Shown here: positions 37,864-47,257 of the stretch, in pieces
How the letters are laid out: each line of letters begins with the position of its first letter
Position numbering within the stretch: position 1 is the stretch's first letter
Source of the DNA: an uncultured Gemmataceae bacterium
GTDB taxonomy: Bacteria > Planctomycetota > Planctomycetia > Gemmatales > Gemmataceae
Assembly: GCA_963750165.1 (NCBI GenBank)
Contig: CAVVPN010000004.1
Coordinates: forward strand, 704,001-768,000
Direction of reading: 5' to 3'
Length of the DNA stretch: 64,000 nt
Notes under the pieces: model-generated
The model's input: only the letters and a program-made list of their open reading frames with translations
What the model was told of the DNA's origin: nothing
Database searches by the model: none
Translations under genes and position numbers: made by a program

Positions 37864-39126
37864 GTGACCACGCGCCGCGATTTCCTGAAAACCACCGCCG
37901 CCGCGGCCGCCGCGACGGTCGCCCTGCCGGCCGTCCACGCCGGCGGCACCGATGTGCTCCGCATCGGCCTGATCGGCTGCGGCAACCGCGGCACCGGCGC
38001 CGCCACCCAGGCCCTGCGCGCCGACCGCCATGTCCGCCTCGTCGCCCTGGGCGACGCCTTCCCCGACCGGCTCAACGGCTGCCTCGACCAGCTCCGCCGC
38101 GACGCCGCCATCGCCGACAAGGTCGCTGTCCGGCCCGAGCACTGTTACGTCGGCTTCGACGCCTACCGCGGCGTGCTGCAGGCCGGCGTGGACGTGGTGC
38201 TGCTGGCGACGCCGCCGCACTTCCGCCCGCTGCACCTGCGCGCCGCCGTCCAGGCCGGCAAGCACGTCTTCGCCGAGAAGCCCGTCGCCGTGGACGCCCC
38301 TGGCGTTCGTGCCGTGCTGGCCGCCTGCCACGAAGCGCAGCAGCGGCACCTCGCCGTCGTCTCCGGCCTGTGCTACCGCTACAGCCGGGCCAAGCGCGAG
38401 ACCATGCAGCGCATCCACGATGGCGCCATCGGTCAGATCGTGACGCTGCACACGACCTACAACGTCGGCGGCCTGTGGGTGCGTGAGCGGCAGCCGCACT
38501 GGTCGGACATGGAATGGCAGATGCGCAACTGGCTGTACTTCACCTGGCTGTCCGGCGACCACAACGTCGAGCAGCACGTCCACAGCCTGGACAAGATCGC
38601 CTGGGCGATGAACAACCAGTATCCGGTCAAGGCGGTGGGCCTGGGCGGCCGGCAGTCGCGCACCGGGCCGGAGTTCGGCCACATCTTCGACCATCACGCG
38701 GTGGTGTACGAGTACGCGAACGGCGTGAAATGCTTCAGCTTCTGCCGCCAGCAGGACAACTGCGCCAACGAGGTGTCGGACTTCGTGTACGGCACGCAGG
38801 GCCGGGTGGACGTGCAGCGGCACCTCATCACGGGCCAGCAACCGTGGCGTTTCGTGCTGCCGCGCGGCCAGACGGACAACATGTACCAGAACGAACACAA
38901 CGAGCTGTTCGCGAGCATTCGCAGCGGCACGCCGATCAACAACGGCGACTGGATGTGCAAGAGCACGTTGATGGGCATCATGGGCCGCATGGCGACGTAC
39001 ACCGGTCAGGAAATCACCTGGCAGGAGGCGCTGAACTCAACCGAGAATCTGACGCCGCCGCGCTACGCATGGGGCCCGCTGCCGACGCCGCCGGTGGCCC
39101 GACCGGGTGAGACACAGTTTTCCTGA
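37864..39126 (+). CDS. Tat-exported Gfo/Idh/MocA oxidoreductase
   Basis: GGAGG RBS plus GTG; TRRDFLK Tat motif; IGLIGCGNRG; ATPPHFRP; HVFAEKPVA. Confidence 0.92.
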   Translation: MTTRRDFLKTTAAAAAATVALPAVHAGGTDVLRIGLIGCGNRGTGAATQALRADRHVRLVALGDAFPDRLNGCLDQLRRDAAIADKVAVRPEHCYVGFDAYRGVLQAGVDVVLLATPPHFRPLHLRAAVQAGKHVFAEKPVAVDAPGVRAVLAACHEAQQRHLAVVSGLCYRYSRAKRETMQRIHDGAIGQIVTLHTTYNVGGLWVRERQPHWSDMEWQMRNWLYFTWLSGDHNVEQHVHSLDKIAWAMNNQYPVKAVGLGGRQSRTGPEFGHIFDHHAVVYEYANGVKCFSFCRQQDNCANEVSDFVYGTQGRVDVQRHLITGQQPWRFVLPRGQTDNMYQNEHNELFASIRSGTPINNGDWMCKSTLMGIMGRMATYTGQEITWQEALNSTENLTPPRYAWGPLPTPPVARPGETQFS

Positions 39127-39171
39127 GAGAAAAAGAACTTGGAGCGCGTTGCGTTCGGGTGTGGCGGGTTC

Positions 39172-39349
39172 TTCGCCCCGAAGGGGCGGGACAACTTAGC
39201 CCCGGGCAACGCCCTGGGGACGCCTGAAGGGGCACCCCAAGCGTTGTTGTGGTGCCCCTTCAGGGCACGGAAGAAAGCAGGGTAACAGTCGCCTCCCTGG
39301 TTCCCAGGGCGTTGCCCTGGGCTAAGTTGTCCCGCCCCTTCGGGGCGAA
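39172..39349. repeat. Large nested REP-like inverted repeat
   Basis: 47-bp arms 39172-39218 and 39303-39349 (1 mismatch), enclosing an inner pair cctgaaggggcacc / ggtgccccttcagg. Confidence 0.88.
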
Positions 39350-39385
39350 AGACACGACCGCTACCGTCGTCTGCGAACCGCTCTC

Positions 39386-39480
39386 GCCACAGAGGACACA
39401 GAGGACACAGAGAGAAAATCAAAAGCCTGGGAAAACCCAATCTCTGTTTTTCTCTCTGTGTCCTCTGTGTCCTCTGTGGC
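39386..39480. repeat. Inverted repeat built from 9-bp units (CACAGAGGA)n / (TCCTCTGTG)n
   Basis: gccacagaggacacagaggacacagagagaaaa pairs with ttttctctctgtgtcctctgtgtcctctgtggc. Confidence 0.85.
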
Positions 39481-39517
39481 CAAGTTCTTTGAATTACTTG
39501 ACTGCAGGAGGCCAGCC

Positions 39518-39967
39518 ATGACCGTCCCCGACCGCCCGCCGCGCGTGCTCATCGCCGACGACAACCCGCAGGGCCTCGAACTGCTGGAGGCGTACCTCGC
39601 CGAGACCGACTATGATGTCGAGACCGCCGCGGACGGCGAGGAGACGCTCGCCAGGGTGCGGCAGTGGCAGCCCGACCTCATCTTGCTCGACGTGATGATG
39701 CCGAAGATCAGCGGCTTCGAGGTCTGCAAGCGCCTGCGCAGCGACCCGGCCACGCGCGACATCGCCGTGCTCATGGTCACCGCCCTCGACCAGCCCAGCG
39801 ACATCGACCGCGCCGTCGAGGCCGGCACCACCGACTTCCTGACCAAACCCATCAACAAGACCGAACTGCTGCTGCGCGTCGGCGCTGCCCTCAAGAGCCG
39901 CCGGTATAAAGAGCAGCTCGACCAGGCGCTGGCGTACATCGACGGCGTGGAACGGCCGCAATCATGA
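39518..39967 (+). CDS. Stand-alone response regulator receiver protein
   Basis: AGGAGG RBS; VLIADD, PDLILLDVMMP, MVTA, DFLTKP. Confidence 0.92.
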   Translation: MTVPDRPPRVLIADDNPQGLELLEAYLAETDYDVETAADGEETLARVRQWQPDLILLDVMMPKISGFEVCKRLRSDPATRDIAVLMVTALDQPSDIDRAVEAGTTDFLTKPINKTELLLRVGAALKSRRYKEQLDQALAYIDGVERPQS

Positions 39968-41153
39968 CGATCCCGCGTGTGGTGCTGCAGCCGAGGCGGG
40001 CCCGGCCGTTCTTCGGCCGCCATCCCTGGGTGTTTGCCGGCGCCGTTGCCGCCGTCGAGGGCGCCCCGGCCGACGGCGCCGAGGTCGATCTCGTTTCGCA
40101 CGCCGGCAACTTCATCGCCCGTGGTCTGTACAACTCGCACAGCAAAATCCGCGTCCGCCTCTACGCCTGGCAGCCCGACGTGCCGCTCGACGACGCCTTC
40201 TTCCGCAGCCGCTTCGAGGCGGCGTTGCGGCTGCGCCGCCACCTGCTCGGCCTGGACGGTCCCGGGCGCGCCTATCGCCTGGTGTTCAGCGAGGCCGACG
40301 GCCTCTCCGGGCTGACCGTCGATCGCTACGATCAACAACTCGTGATGCAGTTTACCGCGCTGGGCCTGGCCGAGCGCCGGCAGCGGCTGGCGGAACTGCT
40401 CGCGGACCTGCTGCGGCCGCGCGGCATCATCCTGCGTACCGAGCGCGGCGTCGGCAAGCTGGAGGGGCTGGAGTTACAGGACGGGCCGCTGTGGGGCGAG
40501 GCACCGAGCGAGCCCGTCATCGTGGAGGAGAACGGCGTCAAATTTCTGGTGCATCTGGCGGAGGGGCAGAAGACCGGTTTTTACCTGGACCAGCGCGACA
40601 ACCGCGCCGCGGTGGCCCGGCTGGCGGTGGGGCGGCGCGTGCTGGACGGCTTCTGCTACACCGGCGGCTTCGGTCTGTACGCCGCCCGCGCCGGCGCCAG
40701 GGAAGTGCTGGGCGTCGATGTGTCCGAGCCAGCGCTGGCGCTGGCGCGGCGCAACGCGGAGTTGAACGGGCTGGGCAACCTGCACTTCCAGCGCCGCGAC
40801 GTGTTCGACCAGCTGGACGCGCTGGTGGCGGGGGGGAGCGCTTCGGCCTGGTGGTGCTCGACCCACCGAAGTTCGCCCGTGACCGCAAGGCCATCGACGA
40901 GGCGCTGCGCGGCTACCGCCGGCTGCAACAGCAGGCGCTGCGGTTGCTGGAGCCGGACGGCGTGCTGGTGATGTGCTGCTGCTCAGGCCTGATTACCACG
41001 GCGATGCTGGAGGAACTGCTCGGCCAGCTGGCGGCGGAGGAACGGCGCGACATCCAGATTCTGGAGCGGCGCGGCCAGGCGGCGGACCATCCGGTGTCCG
41101 CGTCGTGCCTGGAGTCGAATTATCTGAAGTGTCTGATTTGCCGGGTCGGATAA
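39964..41153 (+). CDS. rlmI: RlmI-family SAM-dependent rRNA methyltransferase; frameshift in the G7 run at 40830-40836
   Basis: PUA N-terminus (HPWVF), [39 protein letters not shown]. After the shift: [12 protein letters not shown]...YLK. Confidence 0.85.
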
Positions 41154-41307
41154 TGACCTCATCCCTCCGCGCCGTTGTGGTATCCTGAAGAAAGAGTGCC
41201 ACGGAGGGAACTCATCTCGTTTCATTTCACAGACCCCCTGGTTGACCCTGGGGAGCCGGAGATTCCCTACCGATTGTTCCCACACCCCCAGACGCGGAAT
41301 CGAAGCC

Positions 41308-41748
41308 ATGCGAGCCCTGTTGCAGCGCGTCCGCCGTGCCTCCGTCCACGTCGATCAGGAACTGGTCGGCCAGATCGGCCCCGGCTTGCTGGTGCTGCTC
41401 GGCGTCACGCAGAGCGACACCGCCGACCAGGCCCGCTGGCTCGCGGACAAAATCGTTACGCTACGCGTCTTCGCCGACGAGCACGGCAAGATGAACCGCG
41501 ATGTAACCGAGAATGGCGGCGGCGTCCTCGTCGTCAGCCAGTTCACGCTCTACGGCGACTGCCGCAAGGGCCGCCGGCCCAGCTTCGTCGAGGCGGCGCC
41601 GCCGGAGATCGCCATCCCCCTGTACGAGGCCTTTATTGACGCGGTCAGGGCGCACGGCGTACCGGTCGCCACGGGCCGCTTCGGGGCCATGATGCAGGTC
41701 GAACTGGTCAACGACGGGCCGGTCACGTTGCTCGTGGACAGCAAATAA
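41308..41748 (+). CDS. dtd: D-aminoacyl-tRNA deacylase
   Basis: [27 protein letters not shown]. Confidence 0.96.
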   Translation: MRALLQRVRRASVHVDQELVGQIGPGLLVLLGVTQSDTADQARWLADKIVTLRVFADEHGKMNRDVTENGGGVLVVSQFTLYGDCRKGRRPSFVEAAPPEIAIPLYEAFIDAVRAHGVPVATGRFGAMMQVELVNDGPVTLLVDSK

Positions 41749-41906
41749 TGCTTTGCGGCGCACGGGTTTGTGTGGTAATCTCGCTGCCGACGCCGCGCGA
41801 CCGCCGGCGCCAGCCGCACCCCCGGGGGCATCTGTATACTGCCGTGAACGACCGCGCTGGGCGGGGTGTGCATCACCGTAACCTCCTCTCCGTGAGAGAT
41901 GCTTGC

Positions 41907-43876
41907 ATGTTCTGGAAACGTTTGTTTGCCACGAAGTCGCTGGAAATGCTCCACGACGAGATGAAGAGCGATAACCGCCTGCGGCGCGTGCTCGGCCCGG
42001 TCGGCCTGACCTCGCTCGGCGTCGGCGCCATCATCGGCGCCGGTATCTTCGTCATCACCGGCCGCGTCGCCGCCCAGGACGCCGGGCCGGCCATCATCAC
42101 GTCCTTTTGCGTGGCCGGCGTCGCCTGTGCCCTGGCCGCCATGTGCTACGCCGAGTTCGCCTCCATGGCCCCTGTTGCCGGCAGCGCCTACACCTACGCC
42201 TACGCCACCCTCGGCGAGCTGTTCGCCTGGATCATTGGCTGGGATCTCGTGCTCGAATACGCGCTCAGTGCCGCCACCGTCGCCTCGGCCTGGTCGGAGT
42301 ACCTCAACAAGCTTCTTGAGGTCACCTGCGACTGGCGCATCCCCAAGTATTTATGTAACGACCCCTTCTCCCACCCCGGAGCCTGGTTCAACCTGCCCGC
42401 GGTGGTCATCCTGGCCATCGTCACCTCGGTCCTGGTGCTCGGCATCCGCGAGAGCGCCACGTCCAACACGGTCATGGTGGTCGTCAAGCTGAGCGTGGTC
42501 CTGTTCGTGATTGCTGTCGGCATCCAGTACGTCAACCCGGACAACTGGACGCAGATTCCGGTGAGCGAGCGCAAACTGCCCGAGGACTGGATCATCCCCG
42601 ACTACGCGGAAAAGTACATAAACATCGAGGAGCGCTTACTCAAGGACGCCGAGCACTACGCCGCCTTCTACGGGGCCGACAAGGTCAAGAGCATCACCGT
42701 CCAGCCCGAGCGGGTGCCGCCGCAAACGATCCGGCCCACGGAGGAGAAGCACGACGCCCGGGTGGCGCGGCTCAAGAAGGAGGCCATCGCCGCCTTCCGC
42801 ACCAAAATGGCCCGCGAACTGGCCGACGAGGCCGAGGCGAAAAAAGTCGAGGAAAAGTACGCCGCGGACATGCCGAAGACCGAGCACGACAAGCTGGTCG
42901 TCCAGGGACTGCTGGCGGAGGTCGGCAAAAAGGCTCCCGAGAAGACGACGGCCAAGTGGGGCCTGCTCGGCTTCCTGGGCCTGAACCAGGCGCTGGCGCA
43001 GATCGACAACTCGACGCGCAGCACCTTCATGCCGTTCGGAGTCTCCGGCATGATGCTGGGGGCGGCCCTGGTGTTCTTCGCGTTCATCGGCTTCGACTCG
43101 ATCTCGACGCACTCCGAAGAGGCTATCCGGCCACAGCGCGACGTGCCGTTCGGCATCATCACCTCACTGGTGCTGTGTACGGTCCTGTACATCGGCGTGG
43201 CGGGCATCATCACCGGCATGGAACCCTATCCGAACATCGACCCCAAGGCCGCGGTGGCCGCCGCCTTCGACCGCCAGGCCAAAATCACGGGCAACCCGCT
43301 GTTGACCGCTTCGGCGGCGCTGATCGCGCTGGGGCGCTGGCCGGCATGACCAGTGTGCTGCTCATCACCTTCCTGAGCCAGGCCCGCATCTTCCTGGCGA
43401 TGGCCCGCGACGGCCTGGTGCCGCACGCTGTCTTCGGCGTGGTCCACCCCAAGTTCAAGACGCCGCACATCTCGACCATGCTGACCGGCTGCATCATGGC
43501 CACGGTCGCGGCCCTGACGCCGATCGGCGTGCTGGAGGAGATGGTGAACATCGGCACGCTGTTCGCCTTCGTGGTGGTCTGCGCCGCGGTGCTGATCCTG
43601 CGCTTCAAGCGGCCGGAGGCCCGCCGGCCGTTCCGCTGTCCGCTTGTGTATGTCGTGGCCCCGCTGGGCATCCTGGTGAACGTCACCCTGATGTTGTTCC
43701 TGCCCATCGACACCTGGACCCGGCTGGTGGTTTGGCTGTTCATCGGCCTGACGATTTACTTCACCTTCGGCTGGCGCAACAGCGTCATGGGCAAGCGCGA
43801 GCGTGGCGAACCGCTGCCGAGCACGTACACGATGGGCAACCCGGAAATGGCGGCTGCGGCCGAGGCGCACCCATGA
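41907..43876 (+). CDS. APC-superfamily amino acid permease (CAT-like); frameshift at 43331-43334; large hydrophilic loop insert
   Basis: GVGAIIGAGIF, CYAEFASMAPVAGSAYTY, FFAFIGFD. After the shift: RIFLAMARDG, RRPFRCP. Confidence 0.87.
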
Positions 43877-45723
43877 GTGCGACCATACCGGAGTCGCCGC
43901 CGACAACCGCCGCTGCGCCGGCCCCGGGCTTTCAGCAACGGCTGGGCCTGTTCGACGCCACCATGCTCGTGGCCGGCAGCATGATCGGCTCGGGCATCTT
44001 CATCGTCTCCGCGGACATCACGCGCGATGTCGGCTCCGCCGGCTGGCTGCTGGCCATCTGGCTGCTGACCGGCGTCATGACCATCATGGGCGCGCTCAGC
44101 TACGCCGAGCTGGCCGCCATGATGCCGCGCGCCGGCGGCCAGTACATCTTCCTTCGCGAAGCGTACAGCCCACTGTGGGGCTTCCTCTACGGTTGGACCA
44201 GCTTCCTCGTCATCCAGACCGGCTTCATCGCAGCGGTGAGCGTGGCGTTCGCCAAGTTCCTCGGTGTGCTGGTGCCGCCGCTGGGCACGGACAACGTCAT
44301 CTGGGCGCTGCCGAACTCCGCGGTGGACCTGAGCCTGTCGGTGTCGTGGCTGGACCAGCCGGTGACGTTTTTCAAGCGCGACCGGTTCGCCGTCAGCGCC
44401 GGCCAGCTGGTGGCGGTCGTCGTGGTGGCGGTGCTGACGCTGCTCAACTGCCGTGGCCTGCGCGAGGGCAAACTCGTGCAGAACATCTTCACCGTCGCCA
44501 AGACGCTGGGCCTGGCGCTGCTGATCGTCCTGGGGCTGACGGTGGCGCTGCAACCGGCGACCTTTCAACACAACCTGACGGATGTGTGGAACGGCATGTG
44601 GACGACGCCGCAGTTCCACACGGTATCGGGCTTCATGCCGCTGGCGGGCGTGGCGGCGCTGATGGTGATGGGCGGCGCCATGGTCGGGGCGCTGTTCTCC
44701 TCCGACGCCTGGAACAACGTGACGTTCGCGGCGGGCGAGATCAAGAACCCGCGGCGAAATTTGCCGTGGAGCCTGGCGCTGGGCACGGGCATGGTGATCG
44801 TGCTGTACCTGCTGGCGAACCTGGCGTACCTGGCGGCGCTGCCGCTGCACGGCGACCGCGTCCTGGCGGCCGAGAAGATGGTGCAGGCGAAGGCCGAGGA
44901 GCAGAAGGCGAAGGCGAAGGAGGCGGAGGAGTACCGCGTCCGCAAGGTCCGGGCCGAGGTCGAGGTCGAGATCGAGAAGACCACCGCGGAGGCGGCGCAA
45001 CTGAAGCTGCACGGCAAGGCCGATGAGGCCGCGCAGCTGCTACGCGGCCTGGACAAGCGCCGGGACTACCTGAAGGCGGCGGACAAGAAGATCGGCCTGC
45101 ACCGGCAGGAGCAGGCGAAGGCGCAGGAGCAGGCGCGGGAGCTGCAGGCGGAGGCGGCGTTCGCGCTGGGCATCGACCATGCGAAGGACGATCGCGTCGG
45201 CACGGCGGTGCTGGAGCGGGCGTCGCCGAATTTCGGCGTGCCGCTGATGGCGGTGGCGATCATGATCTCGACGTTCGGCTGTGTCAACGGCCTGGTGCTG
45301 ATGGGGGCGCGGCTGTACTACGCGATGGCGCAGGACCGGCTGTTCTTCGAGTCGGTGGGCCAGCTGAGCGGCCGCGGCGTGCCGGCGGTCGGCCTGGTGC
45401 TGCAGGGGTTGTGGTCGGTGGTGCTGATCTTCTCCGGGACGTACAGCGATTTGCTGGACTACATCATTTTCGCGGCGCTGCTGTTTTACGTGCTGACGGT
45501 GAGCGGCCTGTTCGTGCTGCGCCGCAAGCAACCCAACGCGGAGCGGCCGTACCGGGCGCTGGGCTATCCGGTGGTGCCGGCGATTTATGTGGCGCTGTGT
45601 GCGTTCATCATGCTGGATCTGCTGGTCGTGAAGCCTGTCTACAGCTGGCCGAGCTTTATCATTGTGTTGACGGGCATTCCGGTGTACCTGTTCTGGCGGC
45701 GGTCGGCGCGGGCGGTGGCGTGA
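43873..45723 (+). CDS. APC-superfamily amino acid permease (LAT-like) with coiled-coil insert
   Basis: ATGA overlap with the previous gene; GSMIGSGIF, YAELAAMMPRAGGQY, SDAWNN, GARLYYAMA, ERPYRALGYP. Confidence 0.9.
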   Translation: MSATIPESPPTTAAAPAPGFQQRLGLFDATMLVAGSMIGSGIFIVSADITRDVGSAGWLLAIWLLTGVMTIMGALSYAELAAMMPRAGGQYIFLREAYSPLWGFLYGWTSFLVIQTGFIAAVSVAFAKFLGVLVPPLGTDNVIWALPNSAVDLSLSVSWLDQPVTFFKRDRFAVSAGQLVAVVVVAVLTLLNCRGLREGKLVQNIFTVAKTLGLALLIVLGLTVALQPATFQHNLTDVWNGMWTTPQFHTVSGFMPLAGVAALMVMGGAMVGALFSSDAWNNVTFAAGEIKNPRRNLPWSLALGTGMVIVLYLLANLAYLAALPLHGDRVLAAEKMVQAKAEEQKAKAKEAEEYRVRKVRAEVEVEIEKTTAEAAQLKLHGKADEAAQLLRGLDKRRDYLKAADKKIGLHRQEQAKAQEQARELQAEAAFALGIDHAKDDRVGTAVLERASPNFGVPLMAVAIMISTFGCVNGLVLMGARLYYAMAQDRLFFESVGQLSGRGVPAVGLVLQGLWSVVLIFSGTYSDLLDYIIFAALLFYVLTVSGLFVLRRKQPNAERPYRALGYPVVPAIYVALCAFIMLDLLVVKPVYSWPSFIIVLTGIPVYLFWRRSARAVA

Positions 45724-45899
45724 CCGCTGCGTTTGCGGGGCGCTGCACACCGCCAGAATGCGGTTGCGATCGACATGATATAATGGGTCAGAGGTCAATC
45801 GGATCATTTGTCTCCGGGTGGTTTTTGGTGGCGATTGAGTAAAGTTTGTGCTGCCCGTGCCCTGAAACCGATCCAGGAGCGACGAACCAGCGAGGCCCC

Positions 45900-46169
45900 A
45901 TGGACGAGAAGATCCTGAACGGTGAGGAATTTACCGATGAGCAGCTCCGTGCGGCCCTGAAACGCATGGGCGACAAGGCATGCCAGGCGACATTCGCGGC
46001 AGGGCGCCCGGTAGTGGTGTTCCGGCACGGGGCGCTGGTAGCGTTGTACCCGGACGGCACCGAAAAAATCCTCGAACAGGACCTCATTCCCGAGGGTGTG
46101 AAAGCGACATTCGGTTGCGCAGGAGGGTGCCTGGATGATTTCTCTGGTCGGGATGGCAGGTCTCGCTGA
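45900..46169 (+). CDS. Small hypothetical protein
   Basis: GAGG RBS plus ATG; MDEKILNGEE...GRPVVVFRHGALVALYPDG. The 3' part is uncertain. Confidence 0.45.
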   Translation: MDEKILNGEEFTDEQLRAALKRMGDKACQATFAAGRPVVVFRHGALVALYPDGTEKILEQDLIPEGVKATFGCAGGCLDDFSGRDGRSR

Positions 46170-46596
46170 AGCGGCCGAGTTTATCGTGTTGTCAGTCGGC
46201 TACGGCGGCCTCTTACTATCAGGTCTGGCGGCCACGGTGGGGCTGTTCGCCTACTCTCGGGTGGCTTCGGGGGTTGCTCTGGCCCTGGTGTTAGCCCTAA
46301 CGTTAATGCTCACTCCCTGGGAGGCGTTTCGCACGTTCGAGTCGGCTGATCCGGATGTTCATGATTGGGTCGCGGCCTGGCGTGGTTTCGGTTGGTGCTG
46401 GGGGGTCGCTGTGGCCGCCGCGGTCGCTGTCTCGGTCCGTGCCTTCTGCTTCCCTCCCAAGACGGCCGTGCATTCCCCGGGCGAAAACGAAACCTTGCTA
46501 CTTCTATCAAGATCGAGAAGTCGCGCCAGGCGCTACGGCAACTCGGCCACGCAATTTCGGTCCTGGCGGTTCCGGGAGGCCAGGAAAAAGCGCTGA
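46135..46596 (+). CDS. Hypothetical membrane protein
   Basis: AGGAGG upstream; three hydrophobic segments; lower GC than flanking genes. Confidence 0.45.
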   Translation: MISLVGMAGLAEAAEFIVLSVGYGGLLLSGLAATVGLFAYSRVASGVALALVLALTLMLTPWEAFRTFESADPDVHDWVAAWRGFGWCWGVAVAAAVAVSVRAFCFPPKTAVHSPGENETLLLLSRSRSRARRYGNSATQFRSWRFREARKKR

Positions 46597-46768
46597 GCCT
46601 GCTTTTTCCGTTCTGAATACTCGTGATCGCTCACGCCCGCGCAACCCGCAATCTCCCGCGTCAGCCGCCGCACCGCCGGTACAAAGCGCAACCTTTACCA
46701 TTGCACCGGCCGCGCCCGTTCTGTTGAATAAACGCATCTTGATGGAGTCCCCTGGTACGGAGACACGC

Positions 46769-47242
46769 ATGTCGCAGCGATGGCGCGTTCCGGTGTTGCC
46801 GGTGTTGACGGTGCTGCTGGCGCTGACGGACCCGGCCTGGGGTTGCAGCGAACGCAGCACGGTCTGGCACTGGGACCACTGCTGGCTGAGCGTGCCGCGC
46901 TGGCTGGTGCTCGCCGCCGCCTGCGCCGGCTGGTGGTATCTGTGCTTCCACCGCCTTTTTCCCTGGCTGCTGGCCCCCGACCGGCCGCAGCCGCCCTGGC
47001 CGCGCGTCGCCTTCCGCCGCGCCGTGGCCCTGTTCTGGTTACTTTCCTGGGTGACGTTCGTCGCCCTGTTCGCCTGGCTGTCGGACGAACTGCTGTTGCT
47101 GTCGGCGCGGTCGCTGCCGAACCTGGGGCCGTGGCTGAGTCAGCAGGCGCTGAGCCTGCTGGTGCTCGCGGTCGGCCTCGGCGGTGCCGCCGTGCTCTGG
47201 CTCGCCGGCCGTCAACGCCGCCCCGGGATGCGTGAATCCTGA
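46769..47242 (+). CDS. Hypothetical Trp-rich membrane protein (signal peptide plus ~3 TM)
   Basis: GGAG RBS; hydrophobic segments; ends 15 nt before the tubulin-like gene. Confidence 0.65.
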   Translation: MSQRWRVPVLPVLTVLLALTDPAWGCSERSTVWHWDHCWLSVPRWLVLAAACAGWWYLCFHRLFPWLLAPDRPQPPWPRVAFRRAVALFWLLSWVTFVALFAWLSDELLLLSARSLPNLGPWLSQQALSLLVLAVGLGGAAVLWLAGRQRRPGMRES

Positions 47243-47257
47243 ACGAGGGAACCGGCC

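Noticed and set aside
40830..40836. Phase-variable poly-G tract in rlmI
   Set aside because: A short G7 run, and the same kind of indel occurs in many unrelated genes; assembly error is simpler.
46095..46135. Second attC-like junction before the low-GC membrane ORF
   Set aside because: Only a weak ATTCGG resemblance; no paired R or L boxes found.
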